NCBI GenBank assembly: GCA_001938485.1
Contig: MQRK01202286.1
Span: 4,257 to 66,104, forward strand
Direction: 5' to 3'
DNA: 61,848 nt
From: Girardia tigrina
Taxonomy: Eukaryota
The translations under genes were made by a program, and so were the position numbers. Positions 11,336-24,756 of the stretch are shown one piece after another. The notes beneath the pieces were generated by a model, which was given only the letters and a program-made list of their open reading frames with translations, ran no database searches and was not told the origin of the DNA. How positions within the stretch are numbered: position 1 is the stretch's first letter; every line of letters starts with the position of its first letter.

Positions 11336-11799
11336 GTCACGACATGCAACAACAGAAGTTATCAAAAGTTGCTATGCGATTTTCGGTTACCATATCAACC
11401 AACAGCTATAAAAATTGACTTAAAAGACTGCTTATGTACAGTAACAAAGGTTAATTACTGTCAAAATTAAGAAAATTTGCAAGTAACTATTTGTGGCTAT
11501 GTGATTTTCGGTTACAATAGTAACCGGTAGTCAAGTCAGTAAGGTACCTCATGTACCTCAGGCGGAATCTTATTTAATGGTAAAAGGGTGTTTTGTTATT
11601 TTGAAATCATTTATAATGTGCTAGTTCAATATATGATATGATTTGACCTAATAATGGGGTGATTTTGTTAAAGTTTTTCAGAAATGAGCATAGGCACTGA
11701 AATAACTTCTTTATTTATCTGCTAAAAATGTGCCATTTATTTTTAACTATGAATGTCACATTTAGAAAGATAGATTCGCAATTCGGTTTCTACTAGCAG

Positions 11800-12170
11800 C
11801 AACGTTAGCATCAATTTTTGAGAAGTCTATTAAAGATTAATCGATACATATTCTGAGTGCAGACATGTGCAGTACAGAGATATATAAATGACATCTTTGT
11901 GGTTTTCAAAAAACAATCTCTGAAAGAACCATTTGTAAATTCTTGAATGGTAGTCAACCTAATATTAAATTCATTAAAAAATCGTAAGTAAATAAGAAAC
12001 TTCAATTCTTGTCACTAGGAGATATCGAACTAAATAGTGTAGAGACGATAGATACATGTTTCTACACAATACCACAGAGCTTTTGTGAGGATAAATATAA
12101 ATATGGTATGATAAAGAACTTAATTCATAAAGTTTGGAATTGATATTCCGATTTTGAAATCTGGATCATG
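11800..12170 (+). mobile_element. Penelope-like reverse transcriptase remnant
   Basis: RYINDIFVVF (YxDD region) followed by PNIKF; heavily disrupted. Confidence 0.55.
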
Positions 12171-12423
12171 GTTTAAATATTCTTTTATTTATATGTACAC
12201 AAGCACACAGATAGATCACAACGTTAAGGTGTTATATTTTATCATTTATTGATTTTCTACAATTTTGATCGACTATTTAATTTTTATCAGCAAATAATTG
12301 TTGATTATTAATTATTGATTAAAATAACAAAGGAAGTTGCTTTTTTTGTGTTTATAAAGTCTACAAAATTATTATTATAGTAATTATGAAATCTAGAAAA
12401 TAACAAGATCATTTAAAATTTAG

Positions 12424-12601
12424 GTCAAAGTTATTGAAGGTAATTGGAATCCTAAAGTATCTATTGGGGCATTAAAGTTTGCGACATATAGAGATGCCAG
12501 TATGTGGTTGGAAAGTGATAATGCATTTAGACAACAAGATTTCCTAACTCACGTAGACATATGGATAGTACCCATCAACCGAGAAGACATGAGCCATAAA
12601 G
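12424..12601 (+). CDS. Tandem DUF1330-like protein, exon 3 of 5
   Basis: TTTAG acceptor; VKVIEGNWNPKVSIGALKFATYRDASMWLESD... resembles DUF1330 V.EG.W.P....V..F.S...A..WY.S; phase 0 to 1; donor GTACCA is weak. Confidence 0.75.
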
Positions 12602-14425
12602 GTACCAAGAATACTTTATTAAAGATTAACTTAAAGAGCTCATAATTTCAATCTATTGTCAAACGTAAAGTGTTCCAGTCATCATACAGATGTCATAAAA
12701 TGTATTTAAAAGTATAAAATTTTACAAATTAAATTATTATTGTATTTTTATTTATGGTTTTTGTGTATAAAATTTTCTTCATTATTGAAAAGAAATTGTT
12801 AACTCAATTTAGTCGACCCTCGACACTCTAACTCATAGTTTCTTGTTTGTGAAACGGTCGACCCTGAGGGCTCTCTGGCTGTTCAAATTAAAAAAAGACA
12901 ATTTTAAACCAATTTAAAATCACAAATTTTAAAGCAATCTTTCTTTTTAATCTTTTACTGTTTTAGTTCTGCATGAAAATCGTTCTCTTCGTCGGTGATG
13001 TAATCAGTTGGTGTATAGAGGGATCTTTATATTATTATAAGCCAACTTAAAAGGTAAAAGGTATAAGTTATAAGCTATAACCAGTGAGAGTTATATGTAT
13101 CTTGAAATCCGAGAAGCAAAAATCAAATGATTCTTCATTCTTTAACTTCACGTTCTAACAATAATTTAACTGTATTATTAATACACTTCTTTCTCATTTC
13201 TAGCATGCAATGTGTTCCTACAATTTTGAGGGTGTTTCTATTAATATTCACAGCATAAATAATCCAAGAGATGGTGGTAGAGATTGGCTTAAAGGAAACT
13301 AGACATTCAGAGAGGAAACCTTCTTTCTCTAACTCCCCAATTTATGGGCCGATCTCAAAGAAAGATATGAAATCGTCCTTCTTATTATTAAAAGAGCTCA
13401 ATAGTGTTGTGAAAGGGAAAGAGTAAGGGCCAAATTTCCTGGTAGGCCGAGATAGAATTTGGGTATATTCATGACTCCAGACATATGCTTTTTGGAGAAT
13501 ATGTGAAGTATACTCCCAGTTCTTCTTTTATAAACGATCTTGATAAGCAAATCATGTCAGAAATTATTTACAAGGAGTATTTGAAAAAACGAAAAAGAGT
13601 GAATATTGAAGATGAATTGGAGAAATGAAAAATCAGTCAAGGTTGCCTTCAGTGGCTCTCCATCACTACCGGTCATGATGAGGATTTTTTATCTGTCTGA
13701 GTCAGGCGATTAATTGACGATGAGGAAGCTCCTCGTATTTTATAAATTAATAAATAATAAATCCTTTTTCATATTCTATTCTCTACAGAAAAATGATAAA
13801 AAATCGTAATAATGAAAATCTAACTCAAATTATGCATGATGACAAATAAAAAAATATTTAAAATGAGGAAAACTAAATATTTCTTTCTTTTATTCACCAA
13901 CAAAAGGGAAGAAACGTATATGTAGTGCCCTACTCTAGTTCTGCCTTTTCCTTTCTTTTGTGTGTTTCTTTTGTCAGTGTCTTTCATCAATGTGTACTTT
14001 TATTTTATAATATTTTTTTATTAATCTATGTAAAAGATTGAGTCATAAAAAAAGAAGAAAAAAAAAGAAAAAATTATTGTTGATAAAAAAAAGGAAAAGA
14101 ACAGAGGACAGAAGAAACATAATAATTAATTATTTATTTATATAATTAATTGCCAAGAATAATATATATAATTAAAAAATCAATAACAAATATTGATCCA
14201 AAAATTAAAAATATTAATTGGTTACCAAAACAAAAGATACAATCCAAGAAAATTATATATTACGACCTTGCTGAACAATTACTATCCAAACCAAAATTTT
14301 CAGTTCATTATTTCCAGGAGAATCAGAAAACTATACAATTCAGGAAAATCATATTTTTGCGACGTTGCGAAACAACTTGAAAGAAAATCTATCAGAAACT
14401 GAAGAATACCTGACGAAAGAATACC

Positions 14426-14654
14426 TTTGTCTTTCTATTGTTAACATGATTCAGTATTCAAGAATTATTCGAGTAAGAATTTTCAATCATATTAAAAAAT
14501 GAATTTTTATTTTCAAGAAAAATGTGTTAACGATGTTCCTAATATTTGGGGTGTGTGAGGAATATTTGGTGTGTTGATGTTTTTGTGTAGTGTTTGAATG
14601 TCGTGTGTTGATTTGGGATTGTGCCTCTCCTAATCAGATGGATGATTAATATTT
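14426..14654 (+). repeat. 229-bp direct copy of 18121-18349
   Basis: Appears identical to 18121-18349; covers 128 bp of flank plus the first ~100 bp of LTR A. Confidence 0.9.
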
Positions 14655-14849
14655 CATTTGAACCAAAGTAACGTTGTATATAGACTTTTTTATTTGACCT
14701 TTTCTTCCTTTTACTGTGATCGACTCAAATACTTTTTTTGGAATCCTTCTGTTAGTTGAATAATTATTTTTGTTCATTGTTTTAGTCTTTTTATTTATCG
14801 TCCTCATATAATTGTAAAGGCAATTTTAAATTCTCAGTCATTGAATATC

Positions 14850-15860
14850 AAGTTGCCTTTACAGTATATATAGACATTAACTGTCTTCATAACTTTTGGA
14901 CAAAATTTGTACCTAAGATTTATTATATGTGATAATGAAATGAGTGCTATTAATGCCTTAGGTCAAACATTTTCTTTTGCAAAAATACGTGGTTGTTTTT
15001 TTTTCATTTCACGCAATGTTTGTGGAGATGTATTCAAAATTATCCACAAACATTACATGAATATAAGATGAATCTAATGTTTTTATTACATATACGGATG
15101 TTGGCATTAATTGCCTTTGTACCTGAAAATCATGTCATTATGGCATTTGAAACATTATGGGGATCGGAATATTACTTTGAAAATGAAGTTTTATTAAATC
15201 TGATAATATTTTATTTTGAATATATTTGGATTGGTCGACCTTAAATGAAGAATTGGCGTAAAAGTTTACTATTTCCTCATATTTTATGGAATTGTTATAA
15301 ATCAGTAATGTAAGGACTTCCAAGAACTAACAATTCGGTTGAAGGTTGGTATCGAGCATTTAACGAGCTTTTGATTTCAAATCATTCAAATATTTGGTGT
15401 TTCATTGATGTACTGAAGCATGAACAAAGTCTTAATGAATTAAAGATTAACCAGTATTTTGGTGGACAACAGCCACCTTTAGGAAGGAAAAAATATAGGG
15501 GATAATTCACAAGGACTATACAGTATAGTAACTAGTTACAATAATGCATTAATTTTAAATTATTTGAATGGTGGGGCAAGTAATTTTTATTTGAACGTTT
15601 AATAATAAAAATTTGTATCATTAAATGTTTTTTGGTAAATGAAAATGGATTTATAAAATATGCTTTTGTGTTGAATATTGAATGCAAACAGTTTTTATTT
15701 ATTATTATTTGTTTTGTAGCTATATTTTTATTTTTCATAGATTACTATTAATTTATTTTAAGTAAAAATACTAATTTATATTAAGTTTTTTAAACATTTT
15801 ATACCCACGATATTTTTGATCGCGATATTTTTGTTGGAGATATTTTGACGTGAAATCAAT
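14850..15860 (+). mobile_element. MULE transposase remnant with terminal repeat
   Basis: GCFFHFTQCLWR, LALIAFVP, YFEYIWIG, RTNNSVEGWYRAF, IWCFIDVLKHEQ; repeated CGATATTTTTG units near 15808-15850. Confidence 0.85.
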
Positions 15861-16070
15861 TACAAAAATGTTGATTGTGTAATCGATGCATGAAATCACG
15901 TTCATCAAAAATTCTGAATAAGCAGGTTGAGGCTGCCGATTGAACATTAATTTCAGGCAACGTGACCTAATTAACGATTCTTCACATGACTTTCTCTCCC
16001 AATAACTATCAAAATGCTTACTTAAGTATTTTGAAGATGACGGTTGATCTGTCGAAATATATTATTATAA
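15860..16070 (+). mobile_element. Penelope 3' remnant with degenerate hammerhead (16031-16057)
   Basis: LNKQ-type ORF end, then TTGAAGA-T-GACGG-TTGAT-CTGTC-GAAA. Confidence 0.5.
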
Positions 16071-16983
16071 AATTCTTTATAAAATTGTTTGTTTTTCTCT
16101 TTATCTATTTTTAAATACTTTTTTAATGTTTTTTTTATTTTTAAAAATTAAAATAAATTTTTAAAATTTATACCGAATAAATTTAATAAACCTTCATTAA
16201 AACGGTAATGAAAATATAATTCAGTTGATCTACTCCAATAATGCAACAAATATCTACTTTGAATATTGTCCCTATGAGGGGTTATTTTAAGTTTCGCTAA
16301 AATAGTTTATTATTTTTTTAATTTGAAAATTTAAAAGAAATAAATTAAAAAATTAAAATGTAGAGTAAAAATATGATAAAATAAATACTTATTTAAAATA
16401 TGTTTACATTAATAACAATTAATATATTTTAATAAAAGTTAAGGAATAAGTTTAAATAAATTTTAAAATAAATAATTAACGGATTAATATTTTAAGAAAT
16501 AATTTTTTTAATAAAAGGTTTTATTGTAAATTTAAATTAATTAGTTTTTATGATAAAGTTTCGTAAGAATGTAAAATTATTTTACATTTTAAATTCTGTA
16601 AAATGTTTTGTAAAAAAATGTAAAATTATTTTAAGGTTTAATTTTCGTAAATTTTCAAAATTTAATCGAAAGAATTTAATGAATTAATTTTGGGCAAAAT
16701 AATTGAATTAACAAGAAATTTGTTTAAATATTTGAATTGTTGATATTAATAAAATTTTTGGTGTTAAATTATGACTTCGGAATGTGATAATAATGAAAGT
16801 GGCATAAACGCTACTTACAGTCCCTAATATTTTGTTGGGTGACTGTGAACCCCTTTCTAAGAGCAGCTTTAATCATTTAAATTGTTCTAAACTTATGTTT
16901 AAAAAAATTATATTTAAAGTTTTAATTATATTTTTATTATGATTATATTCTTCGCATCAATTTAAATTTTATTAAATTATCAG

Positions 16984-17205
16984 GTTATCCAATACTTCAA
17001 ATGGTCAGTCAGAAAGTTTGTTATCCTGATATATTTTTCCATAAGTATTTGCCAGCAGAAGAGGCTGCCGTCACAAGTCATGAAGGGGTACCATTTGTTG
17101 TAAACTATCCTACTCCTTACGCATGGAGAGGCAAAAAACCGCCGGGTCATATCGTTATAAACCAGTTTCCGTCATGCGAAGCATTCGAGAATTATTTATC
17201 AGTTG
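16984..17205 (+). CDS. Tandem DUF1330-like protein, exon 4 of 5
   Basis: ATCAG acceptor, GTAGGG donor, phase 1 to 1; KYLPAEEAAVTSHEGVPFVV...HIVINQFPSCEAFENYLS is a second DUF1330-like repeat. Confidence 0.8.
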
Positions 17206-18248
17206 GTAGGGATTTGATTTATGTGATCTCGTTTTACAATAAATTATAAGGAAATAAGAGATTAATTAATTTGAAAGAGTTATTTTATTATATTATTTTA
17301 TTATTATATTAATGAAATTTATAATATAATTTTAAAGAAATAATTTATTTTTTTGTGGAAGAAATTGTTGTCTGGGAAATTATTTTTTTTAAATTTTAAA
17401 ACAAGATTAAAAAATTTTTTTCTTAAAATAATAATATTTTTTAAGTAAAAAAGTATAACTATGTCTAAAACAAAAAAATTAAAAGTAAAATTTTTTCATT
17501 ATAGAACTTATGTACATTAAAATTTGTACTTAAAGACGTCTCTGAAGTTTAAAAATTCAAAAATATTAATTTAATAATATATTATCAAAATAAAGCTATA
17601 AAAATAGTTTTAAAACAATTATTTAGACGTATTAAAATTAACTGAAATTATTAGATTATTGTCTTTTTTTAGTGTTTATATGTGAAAGGAATGATTGTGT
17701 AATCACTTACGTAAAATTAATTTCAAATGAGTTTAAAAACACATTTTAAGAGTTGGTAAAAGGGATATTGCTAACTAAAAAAATTGTATAACCGCACCAT
17801 AAATGGTTTCTTATTTATATGCAAGCATTTTAAAAATTATTTGGAGATAGTGACATATGAAGACATATTAATTTGTGAAGAAATTTGGATTAATAAAACA
17901 TAATTTAACAACAATCGCAGTTCAATGGACTTTAAAAGTTATTAAAAAATGTAACCGATAAATGTTCTATTTTAATTCTTTTGATTTTATGAAAAATATC
18001 ATTTCTTGACTAAATTATATCATATATGATTCGGTTAGGTAGGATTCTAATTAGGTTGAAATAAGTTAGGTTACAAATATCATTTTAAAATAATTGTTTT
18101 ATAAACAAGATAATTTAAATTTTGTCTTTCTATTGTTAACATGATTCAGTATTCAAGAATTATTCGAGTAAGAATTTTCAATCATATTAAAAAATGAATT
18201 TTTATTTTCAAGAAAAATGTGTTAACGATGTTCCTAATATTTGGGGTG

Positions 18249-18688
18249 TGTGAGGAATATTTGGTGTGTTGATGTTTTTGTGTAGTGTTTGAATGTCGTG
18301 TGTTGATTTGGGATTGTGCCTCTCCTAATCAGATGGATGATTAATATTTTAATTCTTATAGTCTGAAACTAATTTATTCAAATTCTTATTTTTTTTATTA
18401 TTGTAAATTTTAAATAATTTTATTGATTTTATTTTTGTTAATTTTTAAATAATCAAAATCAAATTAATGTTTAAAAATGGTTATAAAAAGTAATTTTATT
18501 TTATCCAAAAAAATTTAAATTAAATATTTTAAATAAAATAATTTTCTTCAAGTTAGTTCAGATTGGGATGAGAAGTATTAAACATTGAGTGATGGATTTA
18601 AGTGAGAGCAATACTAATGATTGTCATAGAGATGATCAAAATTGTGAATGTAATAAATGTTCTATCAAATGTGTGAGTTCTCTTAACA
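18249..18688 (+). mobile_element. LTR, Gypsy family A (no TSD; fused to a mariner)
   Basis: TGTGAGGAATATTT...GTTCTCTTAACA, colinear with 55630-56094 and 39654-40106. Confidence 0.85.
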
Positions 18689-19952
18689 TGTAGTTCAATA
18701 AGTACTCAACCTAAAGTAAAAAAAGTTAATAGCAAATTTTAGTTTTTTTGTGTGATTAAATAAATTATTATAGGCTTTTATTTCAGTAATTGTTTTATCT
18801 TGTAAAATGCATTAAACTTTTTATTTCGACATTTAAAGATTTCGTCAGTGCGATGATTTCAGACATCGAATATTGAAGAGTTATCAAGTTCTTTGTGTTT
18901 CAGAAGAAAACATGCAGGGAAATCTACGATCGTTTACCATCAACTTACTTACATAAATCTGAATCTCTGACAACTGGTAACTATTTGATCAGAAAGTTTA
19001 AAGGTGATCAGACTTTCGTTTTTGATGAACAAGAAATTTTCGACACAGTTGATGAAACGTTGATGACGATAATTCAAGATAAGAGTTAAATTACCATGAA
19101 ATGTCTGCAGACGAAGCTCAAAATCAGTGTTGGTACAGCCAACGCTAAATTGAAATTTATGGGTATCAGAAAACTATGCTCCTGATCTGTACCCAATTTC
19201 CTGACTGGTGAAACTTCGAATGACTCCCAAACTACTTGAAGTGCAGTCAGAACCACTTGAACCTGTGGGATAAGCATAGTGAGATTTCCTGGTAAATTTA
19301 ATTACGGAGGATGAAAACCCCACTCAATATGTATTTGTCGGAAACAAGGCGTGAGTCAGCAAAGTGAAAACTTTCTGGAGAGAAACCATCTTTGACGATG
19401 CGAACAAAGGCAAGTCATGGACGAGCGATGATACTTTCCATTTTCTGGGATTATAAAGTTATTCTCATGGATATCATGGATAAAGGCATTATCATTAACG
19501 CTTTTTATTACAGCCGACTCGTTGCAACTGCCAGAAAGAATAGACGGCAGCAGAACACGCCACTATGGTTTCTCCACAAGAATGCTCAAGTGAAGACAGT
19601 GGGCATTTTCGGGCCATGTTTGGAGGTGCTGGACCAGTGCTTGTGGTGCATCCAGAATTTGCACGGAGTGATTTTTACCTATTCAGGCAACTATAGAAGC
19701 ATCAGAAAAGTTTCCAGCTTGGATCAAAAGATGATTTGAAGGCTACCGGGGAAGATGTCTTCGTCGCATGCTCCCCAAAACTTTTGCAGAAAGGCGATTT
19801 CGGAGTTGATTATTCGTTGGTAGATGTGTGGAGAGCGAAATGGACATTATATGAAAAATGATCTTTACATACATCAAGCTTGTTGTTTAATAAAAATGGC
19901 CCTTTCTGGAATCTTTTTTTTGTTAGGTCGAATACTTATTGAACTCACCATG
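18689..19952 (+). mobile_element. Degenerate mariner element
   Basis: TIRs AGTTCAATAAGTACTCAACCTAA / TTAGGTCGAATACTTATTGAACT; remnants VIKFFV, LITEDE, ILSIFWDYK, FLHKNA, SDFYLF. Confidence 0.85.
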
Positions 19953-20385
19953 TAAGTTTCATAATGACTACGTAGAAATCATTGAGCTTACAAAATCAAA
20001 AAAATAACATTTATTATGCAAATATCTCTTTTAGGAAATTTATTTTATTAATTTTCTTTTTCATTTTTTTTATTTCTTTATTTTATTTTATTTTTTCACC
20101 CAATTGACTGCTTGTTTTTATCTTCCTTTTTAATAATATTATTTTTTCTTCGTATTATAAATATAATTGTTAAAGTATTTATTTACCCAGTGGAATTTAA
20201 AATAGTTTTGCTATAATTTTGATAAAGATTATATTAAACACACAAAAAGTATTATTTTATTAGGGTAAATGTAAAAGAGTTGGAAATTTATAATTTAGGA
20301 TCTTCTTTTAACTCTCATTTTATAAATAATTGAATTGTATGAATTGTTTTTGCAAACAGTACATTATTTATATATTATTATTCAG

Positions 20386-20468
20386 ACCTTTACAAAGCAT
20401 TGGCAGAATATAGAAAGCAAACCGGTGAAGGATTTATGATCGTCGCTAAATTAAATATCGACCTATAA
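20386..20468 (+). CDS. Tandem DUF1330-like protein, terminal exon 5 of 5
   Basis: TTCAG acceptor, phase 1; DLYKALAEYRKQTGEGFMIVAKLNIDL* fits the DUF1330 end (Y..L...R......IV). Spliced CDS is 687 nt with no internal stop. Confidence 0.75.
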
Positions 20469-21159
20469 TTTTATTTTTACTTTATAATACTTTACTTAAC
20501 TTTATTTAGTGCTATCCTTTTTTCCTTTTAAAAAAATACTATACTTTATTTCATGATGAATTGTATTTTTCTTTGAAATTTATATTTTCAACTTAAATAC
20601 TTTTTTATATTTTCAAAACAATTTTTATGTTACAATTATTCTGTCAATTCAAAGAATAAAAGAATTTTATTTTAATATTTTTTTTATTATGTCGGTAAAA
20701 AAATGAAATTTTATTACATGTGATGTTAACAACAGTAAAATATGCTCGGAATTGTTGAGCTGAGATTTATGTATAAATATTCAAAATATTTAGCATCACT
20801 GCATATGAAAACCAAAAATAAGAGCATTGGAAAATCAATAAACATTGTTCAAAAATCCTGGAAGTAATTCTAATCCTTCTGATGAGGTTGCTTCCATCAA
20901 ACAGAGTTTTTATGATGTTCTTTCTCAAAAATTAGTTATTTCCCTCTGATTTTACAGTTAGAACAACTTTTGAGATTTCAAGAGTTTAACGAACCAAGAT
21001 TATGATTCTCTCTCCCAATATCAACCATCAACTAATTCCCTAGTATTATGATAAGAATGTCTGAGACTTCGGGAACAGTGGAAATTATGGATCATGCCAA
21101 ATATTCTAGTTTTCTTCTTAAGTATACTGAACTTTTCTCTACGAGGAATTCAAGCCTCA

Positions 21160-21160
<1 letters not shown>

Positions 21161-21201
<41 letters not shown>
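21161..21201. repeat. (TA)n microsatellite
   Basis: Seen directly. Confidence 0.95.
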
Positions 21202-21203
<2 letters not shown>

Positions 21204-21227
21204 TAGTTTACTTACAATTGCAAATAG

Positions 21228-21712
21228 TAGATCTTTGAGCGTGACGTGCAGACAATTTTTAGTCTAATATTATAAATTATTTTCTTAACACAAATTCCAC
21301 TTTACAATTAATTTCAATAAAACATTATGATTTTTTATTTTAAAAACTTAAACATATTGTTCCGGATTAAATAATCAAAAGTTTTATTAAAAAAATATTA
21401 TTTATAAAAATATTATTTATAAAATATTGTTTAATTATTATTTCTGAAAAATTAATTTTTGTAAAAATAGTTCTTTTGATTTGAACTTAAATTATACATA
21501 TTCATTTTAATTAGACTTTCAATTTTTTTATTTGATTTTCTAATTTAAGTTTAAATTTACTTTAACTTAACTATAAATATGATGTTTGATTTAAAAATTT
21601 CAAAACTTTAAAGTTGATCGAAAGCCCTTACACCATTGAACACTGTTATAAATTGCTAAATAAAAATGTATTTCAGCTACGTCTAACTACTCATACAGTA
21701 TGAGTCATACTG
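21228..21712 (+). mobile_element. Helentron/DINE-like non-autonomous element, copy 1
   Basis: 5' TAGATC...GTGACGTGCAG; 3' GCTACGTC plus hairpin ACTCATA-CAG-TATGAGT; shares internal blocks with 43101-43761. Confidence 0.5.
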
Positions 21713-21789
21713 ATATTGTTCCGGATTAAATAATCAAAAATTTTATTAAAAAAATATTATTATTAAAGAAAATTTTTATATTGATATTT

Positions 21790-22677
21790 CTAGTGACAAT
21801 TTGTGTAAAAAAGTTTTTAGTAGAGATCTAGAAAATTCTGATGTTTTTGTTTATCTAACCGTTGCTTTGAGCAGAACGATGATGTACGCATTTATTTACG
21901 TTCAAGAGCTGCTTTAGCTTTTGTCCATCTGACGGCATTCCAGAAGCATTTGATTCATAAGCAGAGGCTAAATCAGATTGAGAACTGTTGGATGAATTTT
22001 TAACATTCTTCAAACAAGCTTATGTTCGAGAAAGAAGGCTTCGAGATAGAGCTCATGGACCAGCTCTTGATCCCATTCACGTCGGAAACAAGCATACGGC
22101 AAGTTTTGATTGTATAACTCGTACGAATAATTCGGTCTAAGCGTGGCATTTCGGTTTGCAGACCATTTTTCTTTGCTACCATTCAAGAGGTGTTATGACT
22201 AAACAGAAAGCAGCATTTTGACAGACTAATGCAGTTGTTATGCATACATAAACTGTATTGCCAGATTAATGAACTAGTGCAGCGTGCAATTTAATTATAG
22301 GGAAGAATAAAAATATTAACGTTTCAGAATTCAATTGCTCAAGTTTCTTTCTCCGAAATTCTTGTCCTCCTTTTTTTACTCTACTGAACTTCACTTTCTT
22401 TGATAAAGATAAATGACGTTTCCATTAAATTCTAAGATGTATGCGAGTAACTATTTTGTAAGCGCTGATCTGTATTTTGCCTTAAATTGCTTTGTGTTTA
22501 AATGTGATCTTACACCTAATAGAAAAAAAGAATAAAGAAAAAAATAAATTAAAAAAAACAAAAAGGTAAATCTTCCAAATTGGGGATAAAAGAACGCTAA
22601 ATAAACGAATGGGGATGAACGAACGTGGGTCGAATGTGTTTGGAATGAACGAACGAGGGATGAAAGAACGGTATATC
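21790..22677 (+). mobile_element. MULE transposase remnant and terminal repeat
   Basis: ALAFV, FKQAYVR, CITRTNNSV*AWHFGLQ; terminal array of GGGATGAA(A/C)GAACG units at 22583-22671. Confidence 0.8.
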
Positions 22678-24586
22678 TTAAAATGTATTATCAAAAATTC
22701 GATTTCGATTTTACTTGGAGAAATGATTCGGGTTCATTGATCGAATCTGATAATGCTTACCAAAACAAATTTAATGAAGTGGTTGGGATCTCAATGAATC
22801 TGACTTTTATTTCGAGTTCGGAATTGATTATTTTATTGATAATAAAAAAGCACCAATTTGATTGTTAATTTTCAAAATGATCGATTTTATCAAATACAAC
22901 ACATGAAACATGCGATTGATTTAAAATTACTCAACCGAACTCATGTCGAGGAGGTCAAAAATAAAGTAAGCACGATTTCATTCAAGCAGCTTTTTCAATT
23001 CAATTCACCAGTAGATGATAAAGAGGAGAGAGTTGGAGTCTCACAAAATGGCTTTTATTTTCTTTTCCAATAAAGAACTGGTTTCACGTTGCCATTTCAC
23101 TCTGCTAAATCATATTTACACTACACTTCTAAAATTAATCCTTGTACATCATTAAAAAAAACAAATGATAAAATGTCCCAAAATGAACATGCCTGTCACG
23201 AAAATGAAAAAACGTTATAACATATTTTATTAAATTCTACTTTTTAATTACTAATCAAAAAAACAGCTTTTTTCTTTGTTAATTCTAGATCGCTAAAATA
23301 ACATCGACTATACCCATAATCTTTTGAACTTATCGACTTCGGACTAATAGACAAAACTGTGTACATAACAATTTTTCTGATGTATCGTCTTCAATTTTCA
23401 TGTCTTTGGTTAACTGAGGTTTATGAAGAGAGTATTCTACACTCTGAAAAAGATGTTTCATAGTCGATTTGCAGTTGTGGTATTATCAATTTACGTTTCT
23501 AGGAATATCCAACAATGTTGAACATACAAAAATAACAGCCAGACAAATGATTGGAATCTGATTTTTTACTGTTTAGCCCTTTGGTAAGCCAAAAATAGCA
23601 GAAAATACAGTAAACATAAGGAGCCCAAGTTTTGTTCTGGTTAGAAACTTTAACCACAAAGGAAAAGGCATGTGCCTGTTTTATCTTTCAAGAAAATCTT
23701 TCGCTGATAATAATATGACGCTTTTTTCTCCGATAGAAGGTACATAGAGAAATTCTTTTCCCGGTGTTATCAATCCTTACTGTGATAAATATTTTAAATT
23801 TTATGTGATTCATGAATAAGGACTCTGTTAACCTAGATGTTTAAATGATAAATTAGATCATATTATTTATATTTAAAATTTTAAATGTACAAATGCAATT
23901 TAATGATTTTTGAAAGTTTTTTTTAATTTAAATGAAAAGAATTAAATATCCCAATAACCTTTTAATATTTAAATACATATTAATAACTTGTTGAAATAAA
24001 TTGTAAACGATTATCAATTTATCAATTGAAAACGATGAACCACAGTGAAAACCGTTTAAAAATTATTAAAACAATTCTCTTTCTCCTATTAATAAATTTT
24101 ATCGTATTATTCTTGTTGTTTTTAACGAAAATTAAAAAAAACTTTAACAATAAAATTTGAATAAAAATAAATCAATTAAAAATGAAAAATAAATGATGGA
24201 ACTTCAAACGCAAATAAAATATTTTTATTTTAATTTACTATCAATATCAATTAAAAAAAATATTTTCCAAATATTTACCAAAGAAAAAAGAAAAGAAACC
24301 GATAATAAAACGATAAGAAATATATTTGATTATATCATCATAAATTTGAAATGGAAAATCACAATAAAAAAACAATTATCGATATATTAAAATTGTTAAT
24401 CAATAATATCACATAATTAATAATAAAAAAAATAAAGTCTCATTTTGTTTTAATAAATCAATAACGACCTTCATCGATATTTTTAGTAACCTCGCTAAGG
24501 CTATTTAAGATGATTCATAGTTTCAACATTACATTTGTCATTGCTATTTCTTTTTGATTGTTTTTCTATTCACATCAATTTGGAAA

Positions 24587-24756
24587 ATGCTCTCCTCGAA
24601 GCATAAACCGAACTCGTTGAATTTCAAAGATTACAACGGGCAATCGGCAACACAATTCACTCCGAGCACACCGACCGTCATCAACTTGCTCCAAGACTTG
24701 ACACCGACTAATTACGGCTACCACTTCGATATCTCAGAAAATGACGATGTTCTTCG
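24587..24756 (+). CDS. Jun/AP-1-like bZIP transcription factor, exon 1
   Basis: ATG at 24587, MLSSKHKPNSLNF...TPSTPT; GTGAGT donor; 56-nt phase-2 intron; TATA-like CTATTTAAG near 24501. Confidence 0.8.
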
